Below are positions 38,245 to 50,800 of a DNA stretch of 64,000 bases, piece by piece. The notes beneath the pieces were generated by a model. The model saw only the letters and a program-made list of their open reading frames with translations, was not told the origin of the DNA and did not search any database. The number at the start of each line of letters is the position of its first letter. Position 1 is the stretch's first letter. The translations under genes were made by a program, and so were the position numbers. The stretch is from Marsupella aquatica (Eukaryota > Plantae > Marchantiophyta): assembly GCA_973895155.1 (NCBI GenBank), contig OZ316895.1, forward strand, positions 17,375,337 through 17,439,336. Reading direction: 5' to 3'.

Positions 38245-41200
38245 ATGCAGCCTACCGTTCCATATGAGGAGGAACAAAATAGGAACATAGCAGAAATCAA
38301 CAAGAAATTGGCAGAGCTACTTGGTGACAGTCCAAGCCTTTTCATGTGTGTATGAACTTGTCCTGTTGCAATCGGATTGAATTACAGTCTTTGCTCTTAT
38401 GTCAAATCAGTTTCTTCCATGCTGAACACATGTTCTCTCTTATGGTGTTGATCTATTAATGTTTGGTTTGTCAGAAAGAGCGCAGCACAGGTAGGGCCCA
38501 AAAAGAGAAGTCGTGCACATCGAGCATCTACTACAACTCAGATAACCACACAGAGAAGGCAGAGCTCTAGATTATCAAAGCTTGCGACAGTGAACATGGA
38601 AGAGTCTGGTGAGGAGGGCTCTGGATCAGAATACGACACTGAGGCTGAGTACACAGCAGATGATGGACCAGATAATTTGTCCAAGGTAATCTTGTTTTAT
38701 TTCAATACCCTTGAAGGGAGTAACATGTATGTTGAACAGTAATGTCATCAAGTTACAGGTCTGGACATTGTGTGTTACTTGGCCAGGAGGTACAAAAGGA
38801 ACCACAGAATAAGTCTGCAGAGAAACAACCTGCCCCCAACAGGGTAGGGCCTACAATGAATGGAATGGTGCAATGTTGGAGAGACCCTGCCACTGGCGAG
38901 CTATGGCAAAGTGAGAAACCCTAAACGCTTTCCAATGCATTGTGATTTTTCATTTCCTCAAAATTTCAAAATTCTGTGAAATAATGTTGATTTATGTCAA
39001 CAATAAGACTCATGACCTGAGTGGTTGGTGTGACTTTTAGTGGTTCCATCAGCATCCCTCGGAAAATCAGGACAGTCTGGAGTAGTGAGCTCTACTCAAC
39101 GTTTAGGTATGTCAAAGTCATTCATGACTGATGAAGGTTCAGTTTTCTTTGTGTATTACACAATTATGAGATCTAATTTTGCAAGCTGCAATGTAGAGAA
39201 CACCAGCAATCCATCCCAGCAGCGTAGGCAGTCTAGGCAGGCCAAGAGGAAATTTGATGCTACTTATCAACAGAGGAAGTCTCAAAACCTGAAGGGCAAA
39301 GAAATAGCGGTAAGACTTGAATTACTCCACAGATCTACTGTCAGTTGAGCTTTGTCCTTTCGTGGCCTACAAATAGTATAGGGCAAGGTGTACAATTTTA
39401 TTTACACAGTAACTGTGGTGCTTGTTCATGTGTAGAAATTGATCGATCATGGTGGTTTTTGCAGGTTTTTGACAATGATATTGACGATTCTCATCCAAAT
39501 AAACAGTACTGGATGGAAGACCTGCGTACCGCTGTGCTTAGATGTTTTGACATTTCCGTGCCAGATTGGAACCAACAATCTCCAAAGACTGTTGAAGACG
39601 TGTGGGGATTGATGAATGCTGATTGGGAGTACATTGGTGGAGGAAAAATAAGTGACAAGAAATTTAGCAGTCACTGTCGTACATTACTGAAGCGAGAACG
39701 TCACAAGTTGCATACTTATTGGAGGAAGGTATGTGGTGCTGATCGTTCCAAACCTGGACCCTCATATTTGGATCCACAGAAGTGGGCAAGACTAGTGGAT
39801 CATTTCACAAGTCCAGCATTGATTGCAAAGAGCGTTGTCATGAAGGCAAGGAGAGCAGAAGTGGTAAACATGGAGCATTTTGGCAGGGGAGGTGCTAATG
39901 CAGCAGCCAAACGATTGGTAAGAACATTCCATGATTTTACTGTTTGCTACAGTTGTCCACTAGAATCTCATATTCTGTTTGCTAGAATAGTCCATGATGT
40001 TAGCTTTCATTGACATTTATCTTGGATTGTATTTGATTGTCTCTTTCCAGAAGCGGCAAAGAGGGGCAAGTCCAGGTATAACAGAGGTGAAGGCCCCTAT
40101 TCCTGTTTGTTCAGCTCCAAAGGTGGTTGTCAGCCCCTGTGTGGCAAGCGCCGAACAACCTGGTAGTTTTGTTGGGCTTGGATCCGCACCTGGATCAGCA
40201 CATGGATCAGCAGTATGTAACCCTAAACCCATTCATGTCTGAATATCTAAGTTGTTGGACTATGGTAGTTTGTGCCCAGTACTATCAAATTGTTGGACTC
40301 TAGTTGTTTCCCAACAGACTCACAAAACTAACTTGTCTGTTTGTGAATGCAGACTCCACTTTCAAGGGATACTGCTCCTGTTAATCCACAACGAATATGT
40401 AAAATAGAGCAGAGTTTGGAGAGTTTGACATCATTGATGACTAACTTCATTGTACAGCATCAACAACAATGGCAAATAAGCCAATCCAATGATGTACCTA
40501 CATCATTGCCAAGTGGTAGTAAGGTTGCTATTGAACCAAAAGGCAGTAGCAGAAAACGGTCTTTGACTTTCTCTGGTGAGTGCCCTGGTAAGTACTTGAT
40601 AACTTGGCCCATTTAGACTTGCACAAAATCCAATCTCTTGCACAGAATATGGTCTCTTCTTACAGTTCAATTTTTCTAAGCAATGGTTGTTTTGGATTGT
40701 CATAGCTTCTTCAGGAGAGAATCCTGTATCACAGGGAGCAAAGACCATTTCTTCAGGAGAGAATCATGATTTGCAAGGAACAAATGTTGACGTGATAACA
40801 ATGAAAGAGCCATCTCTTGTACAAGAACAACGAGAAGACCCAATTACTGTCCTGCAGGAGCAAGATGATGTTGAGAAAGAAACCACAGATGTAGTGGCTA
40901 AGGAACATGCAACACCACTGAAGAAATCAAAGAAGTCCAAGAAATCAAGTTTTGTTCCTGTCTCGCCTAGTGTACATCGTGTACCAGTAGTCTCTCCAAA
41001 CCCAACGGCAAAGGTAATGAAATTGTATTATTTTTTTGCATAGTGAGTTTCAGTTGTGTTGTCTCTCTATCTGTTTTGTATCAGTAAATACTAATTGAAG
41101 TGTGGTTGACATTAACAGTTTATGCGAGGAGATGCTGTTGAGTTAAGAAGCATTGTGGACCGCTCTGTACTTGCATTGGCTCAAGTTACAGGGCTGCCAG

Positions 41201-41379
41201 GAGAAGATCGGTTTCATTGTGCCTCGTTTGAGAGTCCTTTTATTCGCGTAAGTGTGAAGGAAGTGTTTTGTCCTGAAGCGGCTTTGCCAATTCCAAATGC
41301 AGAGGAGAAGCAAATATGTTTAGGGGATGTGAAAGGGATGAATGCTTTATGGAATTCTAGATACCTTCGAAAGTATTAG
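38245..41379 (+). CDS. CACTA TnpA-like multi-exon gene (Ptta/Tnp1-type domains); exon boundaries approximate
   Basis: N-terminal YEEEQNRNIAEINKKL; PSYLDPQKWARLVDHF...HFGRGG (Transposase_24-like); C-terminal RVSVKEVFCPEAALPIPN...LGDVKG..ALW (Tnp1-like). Many GT-AG introns. Confidence 0.72.
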
Positions 41380-44300
41380 ATTGTAGATCAGGCCAGCTCT
41401 CTTGAAATTTGGTCTCAATTTTGTTGAAGTGTACATGAAAAGAACATCTTCATCTATGATATTTGCAGAGTTATAGACTTCTGCGGAACAGTGAGGTGTT
41501 TTTTGTGTACTTGTCCACTAAAGGCAATATATAGTAAATATTTTTGTATTTCATTCATATGATTCTGAAATGTAGCACAGTCTCTTGGTATGATGGCATG
41601 GTCATAGAGTTGACATTGTTGTTCAGAGGACCTTCTCAAATTGTTGCGAAAGCATTTTTGGATGTGAGTCTCTTGTTCTTCAGTCTCTTGTCCCTAAACC
41701 CTAAACCCAATGTGACAATCTAAATGATATCTTCTATGACGCCTTGGATGTATTATCGAAATGACACCTTAAATGACACTTGCAATGGACTACCAAAATG
41801 ACATTATAATTGGCTACCAAAATGACAATACAATTGACTACCCATATGACTACACGTGTAATATTGTCTTTATCTATGTCTTTGTCATTTAGATAGTTAC
41901 TCAAATATGTCTAAAATGACTCCATGTGTCAAATTAGCATTTGCCAACGTTTGGTCAAATGGCTTGTCATTTCGGATATCCTAATGACTGCACGTGGCCC
42001 ATTGTTTTTCATTGTTATTCTGTCATTTCTTATGTCATTTTGTCACTTCGTATGTCCGAAATGACTTAAAAAATTCATTAACTTAAAGGGTCACAATCCA
42101 CCACGTGGCGCACTCTCATTTGTTCTATATTTTACGTCATTTACAACTTGTCTTATATGACTCGTTAAATAGTCACATCGATGAGCATTTTGACGCCACG
42201 TGTTGTGATACTATTAGTTAATGTTGCATCATTTAAGACGTCTCTAAATGACTGACGGCCGTCTAACTAGTCATTTCGGATTTGTAGTCATTATGGACTT
42301 TCTGTCATTTATGCAACGCTTTAAATGACCAAAGTAGTTTTAGTCATTTGTCACGAATGACTGTGACTAAAATGTCCGTTAGTACTCGACCGGAAAGACT
42401 GTTTTGGACCAGTCATTACTTGGTAAAAATGACTGGGTTTTTAGTCTTTGTTGCAGTATTTTAGAACCCTATTTTGTACTAGTGCTAAGTTCTTGATGCA
42501 TAAGTTTTTGGCATGACATTGCTTTTGCACGGGGTGCAAAGAATGTTATTGACCAATTACCTATGACTTTAGTTTGACGACGATGGTGTTCATTATTCGT
42601 GACTTGGAGTACCGACTGGATGCTGAAGTGATTGGTTATTAATCCTAACTGAGTACCTTGGAAGGAAAGGTTAAGATATGTTGACGGCATTTTAATAATC
42701 ATCCTAGTAAAGTATTTCATTCCAGAAATGTTCTTACGAATTTGTCATCTTAAATCATCACAAATTAAGTGTTGTTGAGGAGTTACCTTGGTCTATTCCA
42801 GACTCCCTCATCATACCTCAAGATTTTATTGTGTTTTGTTAATTTATTCCATTTTGTTAATCGTATTTATAATGTTAAGCAAACATTTAAATCTATGCCT
42901 TGCTGAGCATCCATAGTAAAAGGCTCACCTTTGTGTTTTCGACACCTTAGTCATTCATAAGTGTTAATTGATAGAAAACCATTCCCAACATGTTCTTCCA
43001 TGGGAACGAATACCGAGTTTTGGGCATTAAATGCTGATTTATGTCCTTAATGCAATACTACATACAATTTTTGGCGCCGCTGCCGGGGAACAGATTCATG
43101 AATGGTTTGACATTAGGCAGTGAATGACCAAATTAGAAGCCTTGGATTTTAAGAGAGATTTTCAGGCCAGGGAGAAAGAGAGGAACCATTGTAAGTGGAG
43201 TTAGGCCAATTCCCTTTAGGAGGAAGTTATCTCTACTCTAATTTTAACTCTATTATAACCAAGGGAGAAAGATGAATGGATATAGGAGGGAAGGCCATTC
43301 CTCTTATAGAAAGGACATCTTTCTCAAGACTTCAATGTTTATGTCTTGGAGAAGAGGTAATTTGATATGCAGGCAGTGGATGCCAAATTCCAAAATTGAA
43401 TTGGTTGAGAAATTACAGAAAAAAGCATTCCTTATGGATACATGTGAAGAATGGCCAATTCAATTTTTGGAGGTTCAACCTTACACTTTGGCAAATGCAC
43501 CAGCTGCATTTGTGGAGGTAATTCGAGAAGGAGTTCTCCTTGTTATGAGGCGAAGGAGAAAAGTTAAGGCTAAGAAGAAGAGACTTAAAGGTGCTTAAAG
43601 AGAAATACTTTGGAATTAAGAAAAGAGATCAAGGAAAGTCTCTATATGATTGTTAGGAGTTCTTCATCTAGGACTTCCTAAGTTGTGGTAGGAAGAAGCT
43701 ACTTTTAGAGGAGGGATTAAGTCTGATTTAATTAAATCAAGAGAGCTGGTAGACTTTAACTTACCATAATTGTAGAGAAGAAAGATAGGAAATTAAGAGA
43801 CAGTTCACTTTGGTCAATTAAATCTATAGTATAGGAAGAGTATGAACTTCTTACATTATGAGAAGTCGACTTAGATAAAAGTGCAACCAATTTGATAGAC
43901 TGTTAGGAAAATTAGGTGGCAAAAGCCATAGATAAATAGTTGGAGTTTTTTTTTAGAATATCTTATGCCATCTTGCACAATAGATATGCGCAAACTTTGG
44001 TGTTAAGTGTGAGATGTAGTATGGAGTTCATAATTGGCTATCTATTACTTGGTGGGAACGAGTAAATCTACATTTGGTTATATTAAGGCTAAATGGAAGA
44101 ATTGCAAGAGAGAAATATATAGTGATTTCTATGCAAGACTTAGCTAGTACATTGATGCAAAGACAAAATTGGAGGCACAGATAAAGTAAGGTTAGCTAAA
44201 GCAGTGAGAAATCCGAAGTGGAAAGGGTACTTTGCTACTAAGGACTCGCCGAGATACGAGGGGATAAGGCATTGCGGGTTAACCCTTACGAGTTACGGGT

Positions 44301-45188
44301 AAGCGTCGTGACGATTACGACTTTACGAGTTACAGTCGACTTTACGAGTTTACAAGTTAAGTGTTTACTAGTTGAAGGGTTACAAGTTGACGGGACACAC
44401 GGAAGAGACGCACCTCACCGATAACTCGATGAAACGACACAACGCTTGCGGACACCATATGCAGAGAGGTACCAACAAAGGGGCATACAAGCCATGGATT
44501 GAGCAAACTTGAAAGGGCGTGGATTTGAGAAATAACGGAACGGTGCGACCATTGAAGCTGCCTCTTGTAAACCAAGGATCTCCAAGAATGCACCCGCACC
44601 AACTCTCCTCCAAAAGAAATGCCTTTCAGAATGAGGAATGACTGACAAAGGGAAGCAAAATTGGAAGTCACAATGCGAAGAAAAATCAACAACTATTCAA
44701 ATCTTCAGCAAATTGCAAAGTCCCATTTTCCTGAATTCATGAGGAGAGAGCTACCTTGAGTCAACAATCCTGTGAACCTTGACCATGGCTACCACGAATA
44801 AACTAACACCATCCGATTGGAATGCTTTTGCACTTCCAGTTAGACTTGCAGGAAGATTGATCAGAGATGCTACACCAGATCAAGAAATGAGAGACAATGT
44901 TAGTGTTTTCCGTGACACTAGCACCACACTTAGAGCTCACCCCAATTCTCCCTCATTTGGACTGATGAGAGTTAAACAAAAATTATGGGAGAGCTTAAGG
45001 CGGTCTCTATTCAAATTATAAAAAGGACACGGGTAGTCAAGATAAGGGATATCTGAGTGAGAATAGTCAACCAATTTGGAAGAAGAAACAAGGAGCCTCA
45101 TCTGCACCTAAAAGATTCCTCCACCTGATTGAATCTCAATGCCACTCCTTCACAGCCTAGTTTATTTCTTCCTACTCATTTGATCAAC

Positions 45189-45983
45189 ATGGCCCGGAAC
45201 AACATCCGATATGATAAATTTATGGGTACATCTAAAGAAGATGCTGAGACCTACTTAAAGGAGTTTGAAGCTACTGCAATTTCTAATGGACATAGCCAAG
45301 ACGCTGATAAGGCAAGCATTTTTGGAGGACTTATGAAGAAAGGAGCACAAAAGTGGCATCATCGATTTTTAGATAAAAATGACTGGACAAAGACAAAAGC
45401 TGCTTTTTTAGAGAAATACAAAGAAGATGGGGCAGCAGCAAGAGCCTTCACAAAAATTTCTTATTTAAAAATGAACAAGTATGGATCTGTTCGGAAATAT
45501 GCAGATAAGCTAGAAGAGTTAATTGACAAATACAACCCGACTACTTCAAAATCCACAGTCAGAGATTGGTTCATAAATGGACTGCCGTCTAGAATTGCAA
45601 GATATGTGAGAAGAGAAGGTGGAACCACATATGGAGAAGCTTTAGCTGCAGCACAGAAATATGTTGATTCAGAAGTGTCTGGAAAGAAGAGATTGAAAAA
45701 AGAGCTCAAGAAATATATTAAGAAGAAAAAGAAAAAGAAACTCCATTCTGGATCAGAATCCACATCAGACGAGGGGAGTGACAACAGCAGTGAAGAGAAC
45801 ACTAAAAGGACAACGTCTAGTACTTCAAATGATGAAACCAGCTCCAACTCCGAATTTGAAAAAGCAAAAACCAAGAAAAAGAAGCAAGTACCAGATATTT
45901 CCACAATTTCACCAAAAGTTAAGCAAGTATACAAGTTGCTTGACAAATTGTCCAGTCAAGTATCAAACTTAATACACAATTGA
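45189..45983 (+). CDS. gag: Intact gag-like ORF of Gypsy-C (capsid + K/S-rich tail, no zinc knuckle)
   Basis: YDKFMGTSKEDAETYLKEFEATAISN...AQKWH...WTKTKAAFLEKY...WFINGLP, resembling Gypsy-B gag. Confidence 0.82.
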   Translation: MARNNIRYDKFMGTSKEDAETYLKEFEATAISNGHSQDADKASIFGGLMKKGAQKWHHRFLDKNDWTKTKAAFLEKYKEDGAAARAFTKISYLKMNKYGSVRKYADKLEELIDKYNPTTSKSTVRDWFINGLPSRIARYVRREGGTTYGEALAAAQKYVDSEVSGKKRLKKELKKYIKKKKKKKLHSGSESTSDEGSDNSSEENTKRTTSSTSNDETSSNSEFEKAKTKKKKQVPDISTISPKVKQVYKLLDKLSSQVSNLIHN

Positions 45984-46072
45984 AACCAATGTGCATTTCA
46001 AAGGCGATTTAGTTCTGGTGGAAGACTTCAGAAAGGCTTGTGAGGGCACGGCGCCGTTTGAGGGAGGAGTTA

Positions 46073-47831
46073 TGTAATGCAGTAGATTAGTTGGAAATGA
46101 TGGAAAATTTATGAATTTTGAACTTTTTCTAACTCAAAGGTGTAATATAGCTACCTTTTGTAACAATTTAGATCAACTGAACACTTTACCTGATGTTATG
46201 TTTCATCGGAGGCTATTGCCTCTATTGGACAAGGATCGCCATATAAATCCTTGCTCTTTGCATGCTACCAAGAAAGAAGACTGGACATCATTGGAGAAGC
46301 AATGCAGACTAGAAGATTCAAAAACCGGACTCCAAAGCACTTCATAAAAAATGAGCTCTGTGTGCAATTACCACGATCAGCCAATCTTTGATATTTTAGT
46401 TAAATAGTTCTCATGGTCAGAAAAGTTTCATACTTTTTCAGGAGGTAGTCATTACGCAGTAGAATCATCCCTGAAAGTTTCAGCTCAAGCCGACTTATAG
46501 CTAGGAAGTTAAAAATGTTTGAATCTGATAAGTTTTTGCTGCACCGCGATTACGTCTTTACGAGTTTACGCTTTTACGTGTATACGCGTTTATGCCTTCA
46601 ACACTTAGAATTTTTTTTCGATTTTCTGTAGTTCTTTATTTCTGGTACTTTTTGGTATTTTATTGAAGTACCTAAACACCTCAGAAAAGTCTGAGATTTT
46701 ACCAGCATGAAGACTATACCTAAGAGAATACTCTGGGAACGTTTCATCTTAAACTGATATTTGGTTTAGAAACTAAAATTAGGAAAAAGCCACTATTCAT
46801 TAGTTTTACTTTAATGTCACTTTTACAGTAGTTCACATTTGCAATACCTTTTGGTTAGTTTTATATACCAGGAACCCTCATGTGACCCTTAGGTACTACT
46901 GTAGCACACCTTTGTTATTTTTACTTTAGTTCAAGAACCCTTGAGGCATGAAAGGGCATGTCCTTTCATTTTCTCTCTCCTTGGGTTTCTACCAGCCTAT
47001 ATAAAGTAGAATTTATGTCATTTGAAATGTGAAAGAATTATGTAAGCACTATGTTGCAAATTTGCAGCATGACAAGGCTTCACTTTGTAGAGAGAAACTA
47101 TGTATTTGCATGAGTGATTAATACAAAGGAATTCTTTCCCCTTCCTTGTGTTTGAATGTTGGAGATCAAACCAGAGAAGTAAAACCTTGTGAAATGGTGA
47201 AATCTTTTGAATGTATGGAGATAGATTCCTTAATTGGTGAAGGCTATACATTCCTAAGTTCTTGATGCATAAGTTTTTGGCATGACATTGCTTTTGCACG
47301 GGGTGCAAAGAATGTTATTGACCAATTACCTATGACTTTAGTTTGACGACGATGGTGTTCATTATTCGTGACTTGGAGTACCGACTGGATGCTGAAGTGA
47401 TTGGTTATTAATCCTAACTGAGTACCTTGGAAGGAAAGGTTAAGATATGTTGACGGCATTTTAATAATCATCCTAGTAAAGTATTTCATTCCAGAAATGT
47501 TCTTACGAATTTGTCATCTTAAATCATCACAAATTAAGTGTTGTTGAGGAGTTACCTTGGTCTATTCCAGACTCCCTCATCATACCTCAAGATTTTATTG
47601 TGTTTTGTTAATTTATTCCATTTTGTTAATCATATTTATAATGTTAAGCAAACATTTAAATCTATGCCTTGCTGAGCATCCATAGTAAAAGGCTCACCTT
47701 TGTGTTTTCGACACCTTAGTCATTCATAAGTGTTAATTGATAGAAAACCATTCCCAACATGTTCTTCCATGGGAACGAATACCGAGTTTTGGGCATTAAA
47801 TGCTGATTTATGTCCTTAATGCAATACTACA
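46073..47831 (+). repeat. Gypsy-C 3' LTR
   Basis: Near-identical to the split 5' LTR (roughly 15 differences counted by eye). Confidence 0.95.
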
Positions 47832-47836
47832 CCGGC

Positions 47837-50800
47837 TGAAAGCACTATCGGTGCACTTGGCGGAAAAACCTCTTGACAAGAAGAAACCACCGGAAATCCG
47901 AGCGCATGCTTGGTGCTCCAAGTGTTATCAGTCGGGACATGTGGTGCAAGAATGTCCAAGATAGAACATACGTGTGCACCAGATAGAGTTGGAGCCCGGA
48001 CAGTCCAAGCCAGAGGGATGCACGATGGAGTACTTCTTTGAGGATCCAGGTGAGGCTGTGTTCTAGATGAGTACGACGGGACCTCGCACCCTAAGCGGCC
48101 ACAATCCAGGGTTCCATACCCCTTATCCGTATCCGGTGAATGGGCGTGGCCCCCAGATGATCAGCAATCCAAGTATTCCACCTAAAACCAGAGTTTGGCG
48201 GACCCCGGTTTGCTATAATTGCGAGAAACCTGGTCACTTTGCCCGAGAGTGCACGGAGCAAAGGAAGCAAGGGGATGGGAGAGCGATTCCATTGTGCCAG
48301 GTCTGTCGGACCAAAGCACATTCCACGTCAAACTGCCCCTTGGTGCTAGCCGCGAAGGCCGGCGCCGTCAGAGCTGCTCAACCTGCGGCTCCACCAATTA
48401 CGGATGCAGTAGTACAAATGGTAACAATGGAATGGCAGGACGACTCCACCGAGTGGATCGACCTCATAGAAGCAATCGAGCAAACAAGAACGCACGCGGA
48501 CGACGAGTGCTACCGCGTTTCTACCTGGTCATCCCGCAAGAAGGACAAGTACAAAGAACGAGCTCTGAAGGACGCCAAGTAGAAAGAGGAGGTCGCGGAT
48601 AAGAAGAGTCTGATGGAACCAGACGAGCAGAAAGACTACCAGCGGGATAACCTAAAGTTATTCTACCCGCAAGTAGAGGAACTGGTCAAAAAGCAATTGG
48701 AAGCCTACAAGGCCCAAGAGCACGAAAAAGCCATTAAGAAGGATATTGTCGATGCTAAGGCGGCCGAAGAAGCCAAAGAAGCTGAGACTGCCTTGCAAGC
48801 TGAACTCAAGGGAGCAGAAGCATTAAAATCTGCGACCCCACCGTCTAACCAATACGACATCAAAAAGGATGTTCAGAACTGTGCAGCCACGGCGACTGTT
48901 GGACAACTCTTGCAGGATAACCCAAAGTATCGGCAACAACTCAAGGAGATGCTGATAGGGAAGAGGAGGCAATGGCTACCTCGGGTAAGCACCTTAGCCG
49001 ACTGTATGATGATTTACCAGGACTTAGGAGCGCTGGAAGTCTCTATCGAGATAGCGGGCTGTACTGTTCGGTTTGTACCGGTAGACGGCGGGTCCGGTGT
49101 AAACATCATGACGAAGGACACTTCCGTAAGGTTGGATATACGTCTTATCAACCCACGGCGTGCGCCATTCGGTTAGCAAACGGCGCCAGGATCATGCCAC
49201 TTGGGACATTAACCAAGACATCCACGTGGATTGGAGGCCTCGAGTTTTTTCTAAATTACCTGGTGATGCAACCAATCCGACCCTCTTCTTATCCAGTACT
49301 GCTGGGCAGACCCTGGCTATACGGTGCCCGAGTCGTTACCAACTGGGGAAGGAAGGAATTACAATTTGGTAATCCGACTACGACGGTGTCATGGAAGGAA
49401 GAAGACTATCAGGGTGAAACGCCCCAGGGACCCGAAGAATATAACTTGGAGGAGGAAATCTCAGAAGATGAGGTAAATATGGTGGAGTTAATCTCACGGC
49501 TGGATGAAGAGGAAGTCTTCGGGGTAAGTGCCGTCCGAGAAGCCCATATTCTGAACCAGCCCAGACCAGCGGCCCAAATCAAAACACCAGGGAGGCCAGT
49601 AAGAGATGATGCGGCAACGGGCGAAGAATTCCCCGGAATAGTGAGCCCTACGAAGGCAGTTGGCCGGCTTGCCTTGCCAGGTATACCCGAGGAAAATGCT
49701 ACTCAGACCGCCACTCCTCCCACAAAAAAGAAAGTTACATGGAGCCCCGAGGTTCCGTCCGTAATAGAGGAACCCAAGGAGCTCCCAAGGGAGCAACTGA
49801 CAGTCTGGAAACCTATGGCCTACGATGGCACCAGACTAGAGGAATTGGAGGCTCATCTTGACCGGGCCACCAGAGACAATGTGGATGTAATCCGCAAGGA
49901 ACACTATAGCAAATACACCACAAAGAGGGAGAGAACATTCAACATCGGTTATGGCCTACGAGCGCCAGAGGAAAAGGCCATCCAAGAACTCCTATCAGAA
50001 TATGAGGACGTCTTCGCATGGAGTCACCGAGACTTAACCGGGATTTCATCGGCCTACGGCGAACACGTCATTGATCTAAACTTGGGTGCTCATGCCGTCC
50101 GAGAGAGACAACAAAGACTAAACCAAGACATTCCATCTTGGTAAAGGAGGAGTTAGATCAACTGATCGCGGCGGACATAATCTACCCCGTCTTATCTAGC
50201 GAATGGGTGTCCCCTATTGTGGTGGTTCCTAAGAAGGTAGGGCCTGATGGTAAACCCAAAATTCAAATATGCCAAGACTATCGGAAGCTCAACGACGCTT
50301 CTCGGAAAGACCATTACCCGCTTCATTACACGGATATGGTCCTTGACATGGTAGCCCGAAATGAGGTGTACACGTTCCTAGATGGATATTCGGGTTATAA
50401 CCAGATTTGGGCCAGACTGTTGGACCAGCTCAAAACCACGTTCATAACGGAGTGGGGAACCTACGCGTTCACGCAGATGCCCTTTGGCTTATGCAATGCC
50501 CCGGCTATGTTCCAGCAAATCATTATGAATATTTTTCATGACTTCTTACGGGAATTTTTGGAGGTGTTCATAGACAATTTTGCCATCTTCGGAACAATTG
50601 CCCAACACCCAGAACACCTGAGGCGGACTTTGGAGCGGTGCCGAGAAGTAGGGTTGAAATTACACCCGAGAAATGCTTCTTCGGGGTTACGGAAGGAGTG
50701 CTACTAGGACACCGAGTATCCAAACGAGGGATCGAGGTGGACCAAGAAAAGATGGCCGCATGGATGAATATCCCTTACCCAGTGGACCAAAAGGCGGTGC

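Larger units (their letters stand above)
27060..42484 (+). mobile_element. CACTA (En/Spm) DNA transposon, 15.4 kb
   Basis: TIRs cactagtagaaaat / attttgtactagtg and 3 bp TSD cta. The sister LTR shows the empty site (acattcctaagttc, ~47250). Dense aaatgac/gtcattt subterminal repeats. Confidence 0.96.
25876..47831 (+). mobile_element. Gypsy-C: non-autonomous gag-only LTR element inserted in Gypsy-B gag
   Basis: 1759 bp LTRs (25876-27059 + 42488-43062; 46073-47831), tgta...taca ends, TSD ccggc (25871-25875 / 47832-47836), PBS tggcgccgctgccgggga at 43072, PPT gagggaggag at ~46060. Confidence 0.93.
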
